Below, piece by piece: positions 1 to 8,457 of a DNA stretch of 20,000 nucleotides (position 1 is the first letter of the stretch; each line of letters opens with the position of its first letter). The notes beneath the pieces were generated by a model. The model did no database searches, was not told the origin of the DNA, and saw only the letters and a list, made by a program, of their open reading frames with translations. Made by a program: the position numbers and the translations under genes. Source of the DNA: an uncultured virus (IMG/VR IMGVR_UViG_3300027896_004848) (Duplodnaviria > Heunggongvirae > Uroviricota > Caudoviricetes); IMG/VR virus record IMGVR_UViG_3300027896_004848; one strand, written 5' to 3'.

Positions 1-357
1 TATAAAGCCGTAGGCTATTTTAGAATCAGAGTATACTGAATAATCTTCAGATTCTGCGTCGACCTCAGGTGGTAATTTACTATGAATATCGTAGCCTGTT
101 CCACCAATTAGTACATTAGACATATCAGAAAACTTTAAGACATCTTTATTCCAATTATATAAGACAGAGGCATATACTTTTAAATATTTAGAAGAGTCAA
201 TAAAAACCTCTTTTTTTAATGCAGGATATCCGCCTTTTTCTAATCTAAGTATTTCAACATCGTGTTTCATTCTTTTATGATAGGCGCTTAATCTCATTAA
301 GGCTAGGTTGGGTATCTTGCCGTCTACATCAATTAACAAAACTTTTTTATTTGACAC
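1..357 (-). CDS. Radical SAM family protein, N-terminal part (runs off the left edge; not in the ORF track)
   Basis: GTG at 357 with AAGGAG RBS (363-368). Translates MSNKKVLLIDVDGKIPNLALMRLSAYHK...LIGGTGYDIHSKLPPEVDAESEDYSVYSDSKIAYGFI, matching the N-terminus of a phage/bacterial radical SAM family in which TRGCxxxCxxC follows; that motif would lie just outside the window. Confidence 0.75.
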   Translation of the reverse strand, partial: MSNKKVLLIDVDGKIPNLALMRLSAYHKRMKHDVEILRLEKGGYPALKKEVFIDSSKYLKVYASVLYNWNKDVLKFSDMSNVLIGGTGYDIHSKLPPEVDAESEDYSVYSDSKIAYGFI

Positions 358-359
358 AA

Positions 360-839
360 TTACTCCTTATGTGGTCTTTGTTTTCCGCCATTAGGTGCAA
401 TATCTCCTACTAATCTTTCTTGATAACCAAAAGGAAATCTAAAATTAGTAGTTGGTATTGCCCATAAATGGTATTGATTAGCCCCATCAACAAGCCTTGA
501 TTCTGCAGGATATAGTTCTACTGCCTCACATTCTTCTCCAACTAACTCATTCTTAATTCTTTGAAAATGTCTCCAATCATGTATAGGGTTCTTATCTAGT
601 CTTTTAATAGATAGATGCAACATTTCAAAACCAACATCGTTTGTTGTTATTTTGTTAATTGCTACTTCGTATAAATTATTTTTAAAAACTATGCTTTCAA
701 GCATTCGCTTGTGTTGTTCTTTAGCTGGTTTGATATCTATATTCATTCTAGTAGCCAGATCCTCAGGAGTAAATTCAGGATAATAAGCCCTTTGAAAAGG
801 CTGCCAAGGTGTTTTTTGTTTTTTATTTTTTCGACTCAT
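360..839 (-). CDS. Conserved phage protein of unknown function (HLSI...DW...KNEL.G...A.E.YP...VD.ANQYHLW; DUF7694-like from memory)
   Basis: 159-aa ORF, GGAGG RBS at the end of the upstream gene, tight operon spacing. Confidence 0.7.
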   Translation of the reverse strand: MSRKNKKQKTPWQPFQRAYYPEFTPEDLATRMNIDIKPAKEQHKRMLESIVFKNNLYEVAINKITTNDVGFEMLHLSIKRLDKNPIHDWRHFQRIKNELVGEECEAVELYPAESRLVDGANQYHLWAIPTTNFRFPFGYQERLVGDIAPNGGKQRPHKE

Positions 840-840
840 A

Positions 841-1158
841 TTAACCTCCGATTAACTCTTTAATAGGTATAATTATATAACCTTCTTTTAAGCTATATTC
901 TATAAACTGGGTTTTACAGATCTTCACATTAAGAGACTTTAATAATTTTTTTATAGAAAGTACTCCTGCAGTTATTGTGAAATCTCCAGTGTCTATTGGT
1001 CTGATTGCTAGTTCTTGTGTATTCTCATTGAAAAAAACATCAGCTTTAGAAGCTTGTGCTATTTCTAAAGGTAAAGCTATTCGTCCATTTGGACGTATTG
1101 CTATCTGTCCTTCTTTTCTTTTCTGCTGTCCTGATAATTTTTTAAAGCCTTCTATCAT
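841..1158 (-). CDS. Small protein, possibly AbrB/MraZ-like swapped-hairpin DNA-binding
   Basis: 105 aa; IAIRPNGRIALPLEIA resembles the AbrB/MraZ signature; AAGGAAG RBS; first gene after a sigma70 promoter. Confidence 0.5.
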   Translation of the reverse strand: MIEGFKKLSGQQKRKEGQIAIRPNGRIALPLEIAQASKADVFFNENTQELAIRPIDTGDFTITAGVLSIKKLLKSLNVKICKTQFIEYSLKEGYIIIPIKELIGG

Positions 1159-1181
1159 GTATTACTTCCTTCTATGATTTT

Positions 1182-1210
1182 AGAATAACATACTTATGTC
1201 CTTTTGTCAA
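1182..1210 (-). promoter_or_regulatory. sigma70-type promoter, leftward
   Basis: TTGACA (1210-1205), 17 nt spacer ending TGT, TATTCT (1187-1182). Confidence 0.7.
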
Positions 1211-1251
1211 TATAAAAAAAATATCAATAAAAACAATAAGATAAATAAATA

Positions 1252-1279
1252 TTGACTTTTTCTTTGGGTGTGTTATAAT
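1252..1279 (+). promoter_or_regulatory. sigma70-type promoter with extended -10, rightward
   Basis: TTGACT (1252-1257), 16 nt spacer, TGn-TATAAT (1274-1279), A-rich UP-like tract upstream; back-to-back with the leftward promoter. Confidence 0.75.
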
Positions 1280-1309
1280 AAGTTATTGAAATTAAAGAGG
1301 AATGTTGTT

Positions 1310-1369
1310 ATGCAAAATGTTAAGTCATTGAATTTAAAGGTTTTGTTAAAACAAGCCTCCTTAGCGTAA
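1310..1369 (+). CDS. Possible 19-aa peptide MQNVKSLNLKVLLKQASLA
   Basis: ATG 1310 preceded by AAGAGG, between the promoter and the 1400 gene. Confidence 0.3.
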   Translation: MQNVKSLNLKVLLKQASLA

Positions 1370-1399
1370 CTAGTTGTTTTTATTAATGAAAGGAGTTTT

Positions 1400-1930
1400 A
1401 TGAGAGTTAGGGATTCTCAAAGAAGTAAAGTCTACAGGGCTGAAAAAATTCTTGAGGGGCGCAGCAAAAAACAATTTAAACCACTTGATGAGGTAGTCAC
1501 CTATATAAAGGATGTGTATACCAGTAAGTGGTTTAGGAAGCATTTTACAGGTTTACCATATACTATACTAGACGGTAGAGGTAATCGATGTGCTTCTGCT
1601 TCCACTGGTGTTGCTGCTGTTACATTTAGATTCCCGAGATGGTCAAGAAAAGATTGGGTGATTTTACATGAGATATCCCATGCTGTAATAGACCATGAAG
1701 TGGCTTGGCACGGTAGAGAGTTTTGTATGGCGTATCTTAAACTTGTAAAACATTTTATGGGAGACTTGGCTTTTAAAGCGCTGAAGGATTCTTTTAAAAA
1801 GAACAAAGTAAAATATAAGAAGAAGAAACAACTATCTGAGGAGACGAGACAAAAACTTTCTGAAGCTCTTAAAGGAAAACTTTATATTGCTAAGACTTTT
1901 TCAGTATCTAGAAAACTAGACTTAGATTGA
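1400..1930 (+). CDS. HEXXH putative metallohydrolase (SprT-like / Rv0185-type) with C-terminal NUMOD3-like motif
   Basis: N-terminal RDSQRSKVYRAE, VILHEISH, WHGREF; AAGGAG RBS; C-terminal LSEETRQKLSEALKGK. Confidence 0.75.
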   Translation: MRVRDSQRSKVYRAEKILEGRSKKQFKPLDEVVTYIKDVYTSKWFRKHFTGLPYTILDGRGNRCASASTGVAAVTFRFPRWSRKDWVILHEISHAVIDHEVAWHGREFCMAYLKLVKHFMGDLAFKALKDSFKKNKVKYKKKKQLSEETRQKLSEALKGKLYIAKTFSVSRKLDLD

Positions 1931-1983
1931 TAACTTATTAATTTTTATTCATACTCTGAGTAGTATTACAGGTGGAGGTTTTT

Positions 1984-2478
1984 GTGTACGAAAATGATTA
2001 TGAAATTGCTAAAAAGATAGCTAAACAGAAGATAAAGACGGCTGGAAGAGTAGAGCATATTAAAGATCATTCAGATACTAAAGATAAAAGAGAACATCTG
2101 GAAGGCTATCAATTTAATGAAAAGGGATTAAAAGCTGTAGCGGAGACCTATAATCACCTAGCTAAGGCGTTCGCTAGTATGATTCAAGCCAGTAATACTT
2201 TTAATAAAATAAAATCTTCTCAAATATCGCCAGACGGTAGGCTTGGTGGAACGGGGTTTGTTCAGCCTATACATAATATAAGAACATCATTTTCAAATTC
2301 TGTAAATACCATAAGTGAGCTTATTGATACTTTTTATGATGAAATAAATTCACCTTATTGGAAAAAACAAACTTTTGAAGATCATCCAATTGTGAAATCA
2401 ATTTTAAATGAAGCTGATACTATTATAGATAAAGCTGAGGAAAAAGAAGAACAGCCTCTTGAGGTGAAAAAACCTTAG
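1984..2478 (+). CDS. Hypothetical phage protein, possibly internal head protein
   Basis: GGAGG at 1974-1978 points to GTG 1984 rather than 1972; same strand as the head module. Confidence 0.6.
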   Translation: MYENDYEIAKKIAKQKIKTAGRVEHIKDHSDTKDKREHLEGYQFNEKGLKAVAETYNHLAKAFASMIQASNTFNKIKSSQISPDGRLGGTGFVQPIHNIRTSFSNSVNTISELIDTFYDEINSPYWKKQTFEDHPIVKSILNEADTIIDKAEEKEEQPLEVKKP

Positions 2479-2505
2479 ATAGTTTGTGATATGTGAAAGT
2501 AACAT

Positions 2506-2558
2506 ACCCGCCACGCCTCTAGCTCTTTTGGGCTATGCGCATTTTGGGCGGGTTTTTT
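2506..2558 (+). terminator. Terminator/attenuator-like structure
   Basis: ACCCGCC...GGCGGGT stem then TTTTT, enclosing an inner AGCTC-TTTT-GGGCT hairpin; directly before the RBS of the nucleotidyltransferase gene. Confidence 0.45.
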
Positions 2559-2572
2559 GTGAAGGAGAGAAC

Positions 2573-3337
2573 GTGCAAGGATTGACGATCCTGGGTGGAG
2601 ACGGAAAGCGACTAGGACTACTTACGCGGCGTGTTACAAATAAGGCGCTAACCTTAGTCTATGATCATCTCGTTATAGAGTACCCCCTTAATACATTAGT
2701 AAAAGCTGGAATTAAAGAAATGGTAGCTGTCATAGGTGGTAGACACAATGGAAGTATTGTGAATACTTTGGGAGATTCTGTTGAATTCGGTGTTACTAAA
2801 ATGAGTTACGTCTATCAAAAGGACCCAAAAGGAATAAGTCATGCAATTTATCAAGCAAAAGGTCATATATCCAATAAAGTTGCTGTAATTCTAGGTGACA
2901 ACTTCTTTGAAGATGACATAACCCCTTATGTAAAAGAATTTGAGAAACAGGAAAAGGGATGTGCTATCTTTACTAAAGAAGTACCTGATCCTGAACGCTA
3001 TGGGGTAGCTGAAGTAGATAACTTAGGTAATGTTTTAAATATTATTGAAAAACCTAAAAATCCAAAAACTAACTTAGCTGTAACTGGCCTTTATTTTTAT
3101 GACAATACTCTCTTTGATAAAATAGAGACATTAAAACCTTCAGCTAGGGGCGAGTTAGAAGTAACTGACTTAAATATGCTTTATGTTAAGGAAGGTACCT
3201 GTAAAGCTTATCCCATTAAAGGTTATTGGAATGATATGGGTACCTTTGATAGTCTCTTAGAAACAGCCAATTTTGTAAAGGATAAGAAGTTTGAGCTGAG
3301 TTATAAGATTGATGCTTGGTCTAACACAAACTCTTAG
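2573..3337 (+). CDS. rmlA: Glucose-1-phosphate thymidylyltransferase-family (RmlA/RfbA-like) nucleotidyltransferase
   Basis: GGDGKRL (variant of GGxGTRL), NK, YVYQKDPKGI, ILGDN, DPERYGV, IEKP, AVTGLYFYD, SARGELEVTD, WNDMGT. AAGGAG RBS supports GTG 2573, not 2486. Confidence 0.85.
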   Translation: MQGLTILGGDGKRLGLLTRRVTNKALTLVYDHLVIEYPLNTLVKAGIKEMVAVIGGRHNGSIVNTLGDSVEFGVTKMSYVYQKDPKGISHAIYQAKGHISNKVAVILGDNFFEDDITPYVKEFEKQEKGCAIFTKEVPDPERYGVAEVDNLGNVLNIIEKPKNPKTNLAVTGLYFYDNTLFDKIETLKPSARGELEVTDLNMLYVKEGTCKAYPIKGYWNDMGTFDSLLETANFVKDKKFELSYKIDAWSNTNS

Positions 3338-3402
3338 CCGCGATTTTCTATTAATATCTATTGACTAACAGAGTGTTTTTACAACTTAAAGGTGGGCTTT
3401 TA

Positions 3403-3762
3403 ATGGAAAAAGCGCATAAAATTGTTCTTGCCTTCTTAAATTCTGCAGAAGGCTATTTTCATTGCAAAAGGATTTTAGAAGATCAAGTCAAACAGCCGAG
3501 AGGTCAGTTTGGACCGTTAAGTGACCGTCCAGAGAGATGGGATTATACTGATATCAGAGACATTAAAAAAGAAGACTATGATAATATAGTCAATAAGGCT
3601 GTTAAATTTATAGATAAAGATCTTTATAAAGTCATTCCTGATGTAGCTCTTAGAGCTGCTTTAGATTTTGCCATATACACTTTTGATAAATTTCGTTTTC
3701 GTTCAAAGATTAATGCTCCTACTTATGAGTTATTGTTTAATATTTTAAAATCAAAAGTGTAG
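3403..3762 (+). CDS. Hypothetical phage protein
   Basis: ATG 3403 after AAGGTGG; in frame with ORF 3361-3762. Confidence 0.6.
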   Translation: MEKAHKIVLAFLNSAEGYFHCKRILEDQVKQPRGQFGPLSDRPERWDYTDIRDIKKEDYDNIVNKAVKFIDKDLYKVIPDVALRAALDFAIYTFDKFRFRSKINAPTYELLFNILKSKV

Positions 3763-3780
3763 AATTTCAAAGGAGTCTGA

Positions 3781-4614
3781 ATGTTAGTATATAAGCTTTT
3801 GGGTGACAAAATTAATGCTGTAGAGAATGATAAAGTCACCGCTGAAATGCCTATGGCAGATTTTGTCAGTGATGAGCTTGATTTAGTAGAGACTTTAGTT
3901 CTAGAATTAAAAGATAGGATTTATTTAGGTGAAGGTGCCCTTGATGAATTAGAGGGTATTGTAAATGAGCATCTTATTGAATATTTTAAGAAGCTCTTTA
4001 AAGATAACAAAAATGAACTGGAATCAAGAAAGGTCATGAGTGAGATATCTAAATTGAGATCTCATTTCAAAGCCCTTGAAAAAGAGTTACAAAAAGAATT
4101 ATTGGCTTACTCAAAAATTGCGTTACACAAACTTTTGAAAAAGGATTTAAAAACTGGAGGAAGTATTATGTTTAAGACCCTTAAAGAAGCGAAAAAGTTT
4201 ACATCTCATTTAGATGCTCTGGCTACCGAAATCCAGACACTTAATGACATTGACGAACAAGTAAAAATGCATTTGGCAGAAAGACTCGATAAGATATCTA
4301 ATCTTATTGAAGAAGAGTCTTCAAATAACGAAAAAATAGCTAATGGCGTAGGCTCTGGCTCTTGGGCCTTTGATGCTGATGAAGCTCGTTATATGAGTAC
4401 TTTCGGTGGTACAGGCGCTCTTAAGAGAGATGCTGATGAACCATATATGGATCAATATATGCATGATGATCATAAAGAAGTACTGCAGCGTAAAGAACCC
4501 CAACTGATCAGGGATGACGGCGCAAAAGTATTGCAGCCAAGTGATAACTATAATGAAGCAGAAGTTGCTCAGAAACTAAAAACGGCTGTAAAAGAATATT
4601 TAAAAACAAAGTAA
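3781..4614 (+). CDS. Hypothetical head-associated protein with a strong internal in-frame start at 4168
   Basis: AAGGAG RBS; coiled-coil-like middle; internal GGAGG-7nt-ATG. Confidence 0.65.
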   Translation: MLVYKLLGDKINAVENDKVTAEMPMADFVSDELDLVETLVLELKDRIYLGEGALDELEGIVNEHLIEYFKKLFKDNKNELESRKVMSEISKLRSHFKALEKELQKELLAYSKIALHKLLKKDLKTGGSIMFKTLKEAKKFTSHLDALATEIQTLNDIDEQVKMHLAERLDKISNLIEEESSNNEKIANGVGSGSWAFDADEARYMSTFGGTGALKRDADEPYMDQYMHDDHKEVLQRKEPQLIRDDGAKVLQPSDNYNEAEVAQKLKTAVKEYLKTK

Positions 4615-4628
4615 TAATAAGGTAAGCT

Positions 4629-5453
4629 ATGAAGAGGTATTCTACCGATCTCTTTCCTATGCAGACAAATCCCTTTAATTTTCAAAAGGGAGATGTTGTA
4701 AAAAAGATTTACTCTGACAAGGTTGTAACACCTTATGTTGGTGTGGTGACTGCCGTCATACCTTCTACTAATAAGCTAGAAGTACAGTGGCCTTACGGCA
4801 TGGGAATGGAAGATCCTTGGGATCTCTTAAAAATGAATCCTTTGATTTTTCCTCCAGTAGTGAATGAGGATAAAGCATATAAGACTTACCAAAACGAATT
4901 AAGTCACAAGTATTTTGAAAAGCTGCAGCCTTATAACGTACTTAAAAATTATTTGGAAGATCAAGTAATGCCGGTCGTTGTAAGTGCTGCTGCTTTGTAT
5001 AACAGTGGTTGTAATAAATCAGATGCTTACATTAGACTTTCGTCAGACTTTGATAATAGACGAATTATTGTTGAAGCTTTAAATAAAGTCTTCAATGATC
5101 ATATTGAAATGGTAAAAGTCCTTCATAAAGAGAAAGATATTTCTGTTTCCTTAGCAGGTACTAGCGATAAAGGCTTTAAAATTGTCGTAAAACATGGACA
5201 CGATAAAGAAGTGTTTAATTATGATAATTTGAAAATTGCCATAAAAGCATATCACAGATTTAGTGAGTTACTTGAAAGGCATTATAAAGAAGACGAAGAG
5301 ACTGTCTATAAAGATTTAGTAAAAGCTGCTTCTTTAAAATTGGCTGCTATAAAACAGGAATCTTCAGAAATAAAAAAGCTCGGTGGGAGCAACAGTCTTG
5401 TGAAGGATACTATAAAGAAAAATCATCCTGAGGCATCGGATTTAATTACCTAA
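4629..5453 (+). CDS. Hypothetical head-associated protein with SH3/KOW-like N-terminus
   Basis: AAGGT RBS; FQKGDVVKK...GVVTAVIPSTNKLEVQWPYG pattern; directly upstream of the protease. Confidence 0.6.
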   Translation: MKRYSTDLFPMQTNPFNFQKGDVVKKIYSDKVVTPYVGVVTAVIPSTNKLEVQWPYGMGMEDPWDLLKMNPLIFPPVVNEDKAYKTYQNELSHKYFEKLQPYNVLKNYLEDQVMPVVVSAAALYNSGCNKSDAYIRLSSDFDNRRIIVEALNKVFNDHIEMVKVLHKEKDISVSLAGTSDKGFKIVVKHGHDKEVFNYDNLKIAIKAYHRFSELLERHYKEDEETVYKDLVKAASLKLAAIKQESSEIKKLGGSNSLVKDTIKKNHPEASDLIT

Positions 5454-5468
5454 CCGAGGTAATTAACT

Positions 5469-6989
5469 ATGGCTTTTTTAAAGCAAGCTTCTCTGACAAT
5501 CGAAAATCCAGATATAAATATTAATAAATGGATTAATCGTAATCCTAAGATAAAAGTAGCTAGTCAAGAAAAGCTTGTAGATTATAAAAGTATTATTCCT
5601 GATTTTAATCCAGACGACTATCTTCTGACTCATTGTACCATTATAGCTTCTGTGAATGTTGAAAATGCTCCTACTCCAGTAAGTTTTAAGAATGAAAAGA
5701 CTCAAAATAATTTTAAAAAACTTGAGGGCAGTGCTGATTATTATATTACTCCAGATACTAGTAAGTATATCAACAGTAATGGTGATGCTTGGACAAAAGA
5801 GCTTTTAAAGAAGACCTATAAGACCTTTATAGGAGCTGAGAATTATTTAGAGCATTTACAAGATCCTAAATACTCAAAAGGTAAGATATTAGATGCAGCT
5901 CTTAGAGAAGTTGATGATGGTAAATCTTTATTTGTGGATATCCTTGTAGCTACAAATAAAAAACATAAAGATTTAGTAAATAAGATATCTTCAGGTGAGC
6001 TTACTACTCTTAGTATGGGCGCTGCGGTAGATTTTACTATATGTACAAAGTGTGGTCGAGTTGCTACAGATGAGACAGAGCTTTGTGAGCATATAAAGTA
6101 CGAGAAGAAAAATTCTTTTATCAGTGAGCATGACGGTAAAAAGAGGGTAGTTGCAGAGCTGTGTGGAAGTCCTTTATATGAAGACAGCAATAAGTTTATA
6201 GAGGGATCTTGGGTAGAAAATCCTGCCTTTGTAGGAGCTGTTTTGAGAAACGAAATAAAAGTATCAGAAGAAATGGTAAAGCAGGCTATTTTAAAAAATT
6301 ATAGTAAAATTATTAACTCTTCTCCAGAACTTAAAGAAGCCTCTAGGATACTTGTAGCAGCTTTAAAAAAGTCTAAGGTAGCTCTTACTCCAGTAGAGGA
6401 TGCTCCAGAAGAAAAACCAGCTGATGAGCCAGTACCAGAAGTTGAAGATAAGCCAGCTGATGAGCCTGTAATACCTGATGAACTAAAGGGTATTGGTGAG
6501 CCTCCAGTTGAGGAAGAGATTCCAGAAGAAGAACTCGCAGAAGAGACTAAAAAGCCATACGATAAATTAAAAGAAGACATAAAAGAGACATTAAAACATC
6601 AAATAAAAGAAGAGATATTAAAAGAACTGGGCACTAAAATTATAAATGCTCCAGAGCTACCTCACAGGAACGACAACCTAGTACACTCAAGTAAGCTTGA
6701 AAAAATTGCTGAAAAGATAAGGGTAGCGGCAAGTATAATGAAAAAAGAAGGCTTTACTGGTCTTTATAAGAATGGCTATTCAAGAGAAGAAGTGCTTAAG
6801 CTGGCCTTTTTATCTAATAGATATTCAATTAATAAAGATCTTTTTAAGACGGTAAATAAGCTAGGTAAATCAACTACCTTTGCTACATTTAGACGTTATA
6901 TGAAGGCCGTAGAAGCCGATTTGAATAGAGATTTGACCATGAATGAGAGAAGGGCACTTGAATTACTTTTGCAGGATGTTGAGAGCTAA
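5469..6989 (+). CDS. Prohead (capsid maturation) protease, HK97/assemblin-like fold with Cys-rich insertion
   Basis: NSNGDAW, FIG...EH (catalytic His candidate), GKILDA, GELTTLSMG (catalytic Ser candidate), CTKC...CEH, FIEGSWVENPA; acidic Pro-rich linker; upstream of scaffold. Confidence 0.8.
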   Translation: MAFLKQASLTIENPDININKWINRNPKIKVASQEKLVDYKSIIPDFNPDDYLLTHCTIIASVNVENAPTPVSFKNEKTQNNFKKLEGSADYYITPDTSKYINSNGDAWTKELLKKTYKTFIGAENYLEHLQDPKYSKGKILDAALREVDDGKSLFVDILVATNKKHKDLVNKISSGELTTLSMGAAVDFTICTKCGRVATDETELCEHIKYEKKNSFISEHDGKKRVVAELCGSPLYEDSNKFIEGSWVENPAFVGAVLRNEIKVSEEMVKQAILKNYSKIINSSPELKEASRILVAALKKSKVALTPVEDAPEEKPADEPVPEVEDKPADEPVIPDELKGIGEPPVEEEIPEEELAEETKKPYDKLKEDIKETLKHQIKEEILKELGTKIINAPELPHRNDNLVHSSKLEKIAEKIRVAASIMKKEGFTGLYKNGYSREEVLKLAFLSNRYSINKDLFKTVNKLGKSTTFATFRRYMKAVEADLNRDLTMNERRALELLLQDVES

Positions 6990-6991
6990 TT

Positions 6992-7195
6992 GTGGAGGTT
7001 ACAGCTTATAAACCCAGAATTATAAAAGTAAGAAAGCCGAAGACGCCAAGGCAGCGTATGAAAACTCGGCTTTTATATAGGAAGGATAAATTTAAGAGAC
7101 GCCTATACAATAGGATATATCGCAGAAGATATAAAGTGCAGTTATCAAGGAAGCGTAAATTGTACATGTTAAGAAAGAAGTTTAAGAAAGGGTAA
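6992..7195 (+). CDS. Small highly basic, protamine-like protein
   Basis: 67 aa with 15 K + 15 R and two acidic residues; fills the protease-scaffold gap. Confidence 0.6.
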   Translation: MEVTAYKPRIIKVRKPKTPRQRMKTRLLYRKDKFKRRLYNRIYRRRYKVQLSRKRKLYMLRKKFKKG

Positions 7196-7257
7196 AGTAA
7201 GAGTCTAAGTAGACTCAATACTAACGGAAGTAAAAGAAACCAAATAGGAGGATTCTA

Positions 7258-8391
7258 ATGAGAGAAAGACTAACAAAAAAAGCTATGGGCCTGAACGATA
7301 GCCCAACCACGATGCATGTTGATCATGCTAACCCACCTGTTGAGAAATACGAAACAGGTAATCCAGATGCTTGGGCCGAAACCCCAAATATGTCGCATCC
7401 TTGGGACGAAGAGAATGCTGCTGGTCGTGAGCCATCAGGTCATGCTAAAATGAAAAGCTATGCAGCTATGGTAAAAGAAGCAAAAGAAATGGAAGAGAAA
7501 GCTCTTCATTGCTTGAAACTTGCTCAGGATATGCTACCAGATGCTCCACAAGATTCTCAAGAAAGACAAGCTGTTGATTTTATGACTATGTCAAATAAAG
7601 CAGTATTGGCTACTCTGCGCAGAATGAGAGAATTTGAAGCTCTGATTAATGAAGCAAAAATTGCTAAAGTAGTTGATGCTTGCTTGGATGTATTAGCTGA
7701 TGAGAAAAAAGAAGATAAAAAAGAAAAAGAATACGAATACGAAGAAAAGAAAGCTTGTGATGTAAAAAAAGAAGAAGTGAAAGCTGAAGAAGAGGAAAAG
7801 AAAGCTGAAGAGAAAAAAGAAGAAGTAAAAGCTGAAGATAAGATTGCTCGTATTGTACAGGCAGTGCTTGAAGTACTTTCTGAAGAAGAAGATGTTGAAA
7901 AAAAGGAAGAGGAAAAAAAAGAAGTAAAGGCTGAAGAAAAGAAAGAAGAAGTGAAAGCTGAAGAAGAGGAAAAGAAAGCTGAAGAAGAAAAAAAAGAAGT
8001 AAAGGCTGAAGAAAAAAAGGAAGAGAAAAAAGAAGAGGCAGTAAAAGCTGAAAAGAAAGCCGAAGAAAAGAAAGAAGAGAAGAAAGAAGAAGAAGTAAAA
8101 GAAGTAAAGGCTGAAGCGAAAGTTGAAGAGGAAGTAAAAGCTGAAGAAGAGAAAAAAGAAGAAGTAAAAGAAGCCAATCTTGAGATTTCTTTTGACGAAG
8201 CTGCAGAAGTCCTAGCTTCTGAAGAGGATATGAACACGCTCGCAAGTCTTTTCTCTGCTGAAAAGAAGGAAGAAGAGAAAGAAGAGAAAAAAGAAGAGAA
8301 AAAGGCTGGCGTAAAGTCTTTGAAGACTGTTACCGCTTCTAAAGAAAATTCTGAAGTTGAAGATCTTGCAAAGCTTTGGAAACGTGAATAA
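7258..8391 (+). CDS. Capsid scaffolding protein
   Basis: AGGAGG RBS; long E/K-rich helical repeat region; amphipathic C-terminus DLAKLWKRE; follows the protease. Confidence 0.7.
   Translation: MRERLTKKAMGLNDSPTTMHVDHANPPVEKYETGNPDAWAETPNMSHPWDEENAAGREPSGHAKMKSYAAMVKEAKEMEEKALHCLKLAQDMLPDAPQDSQERQAVDFMTMSNKAVLATLRRMREFEALINEAKIAKVVDACLDVLADEKKEDKKEKEYEYEEKKACDVKKEEVKAEEEEKKAEEKKEEVKAEDKIARIVQAVLEVLSEEEDVEKKEEEKKEVKAEEKKEEVKAEEEEKKAEEEKKEVKAEEKKEEKKEEAVKAEKKAEEKKEEKKEEEVKEVKAEAKVEEEVKAEEEKKEEVKEANLEISFDEAAEVLASEEDMNTLASLFSAEKKEEEKEEKKEEKKAGVKSLKTVTASKENSEVEDLAKLWKRE
7700..8305 (+). repeat. Purine-rich degenerate coding repeats (EEVKAE/EKKAE units)
   Basis: Eight VKAE and three KKAE units; 44-bp exact duplication 7768-7811 / 7942-7985. 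Confidence 0.85.
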
Positions 8392-8415
8392 CTGAAAATT
8401 AAATAGGTCTATATA

Positions 8416-8452
8416 TAAAAAGCCCTCCCTAAATATCGGGAGGGCTTTTTTA
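8416..8452. terminator. Bidirectional intrinsic terminator
   Basis: AAAAAGCCCTCCC-TAAATATC-GGGAGGGCTTTTT between convergent genes. Confidence 0.9.
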
Positions 8453-8457
8453 TTTAT

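Noticed and set aside
7201..7216. GAGTCT-AAGT-AGACTC hairpin before the scaffold gene
   Set aside because: Only a 6-bp stem with no U-tract; too short to call.
7557..8245. Long minus-strand ORFs (226 and 193 aa)
   Set aside because: Antisense shadows of the GAA/AAA-rich scaffold repeats (poly-S/F/L).
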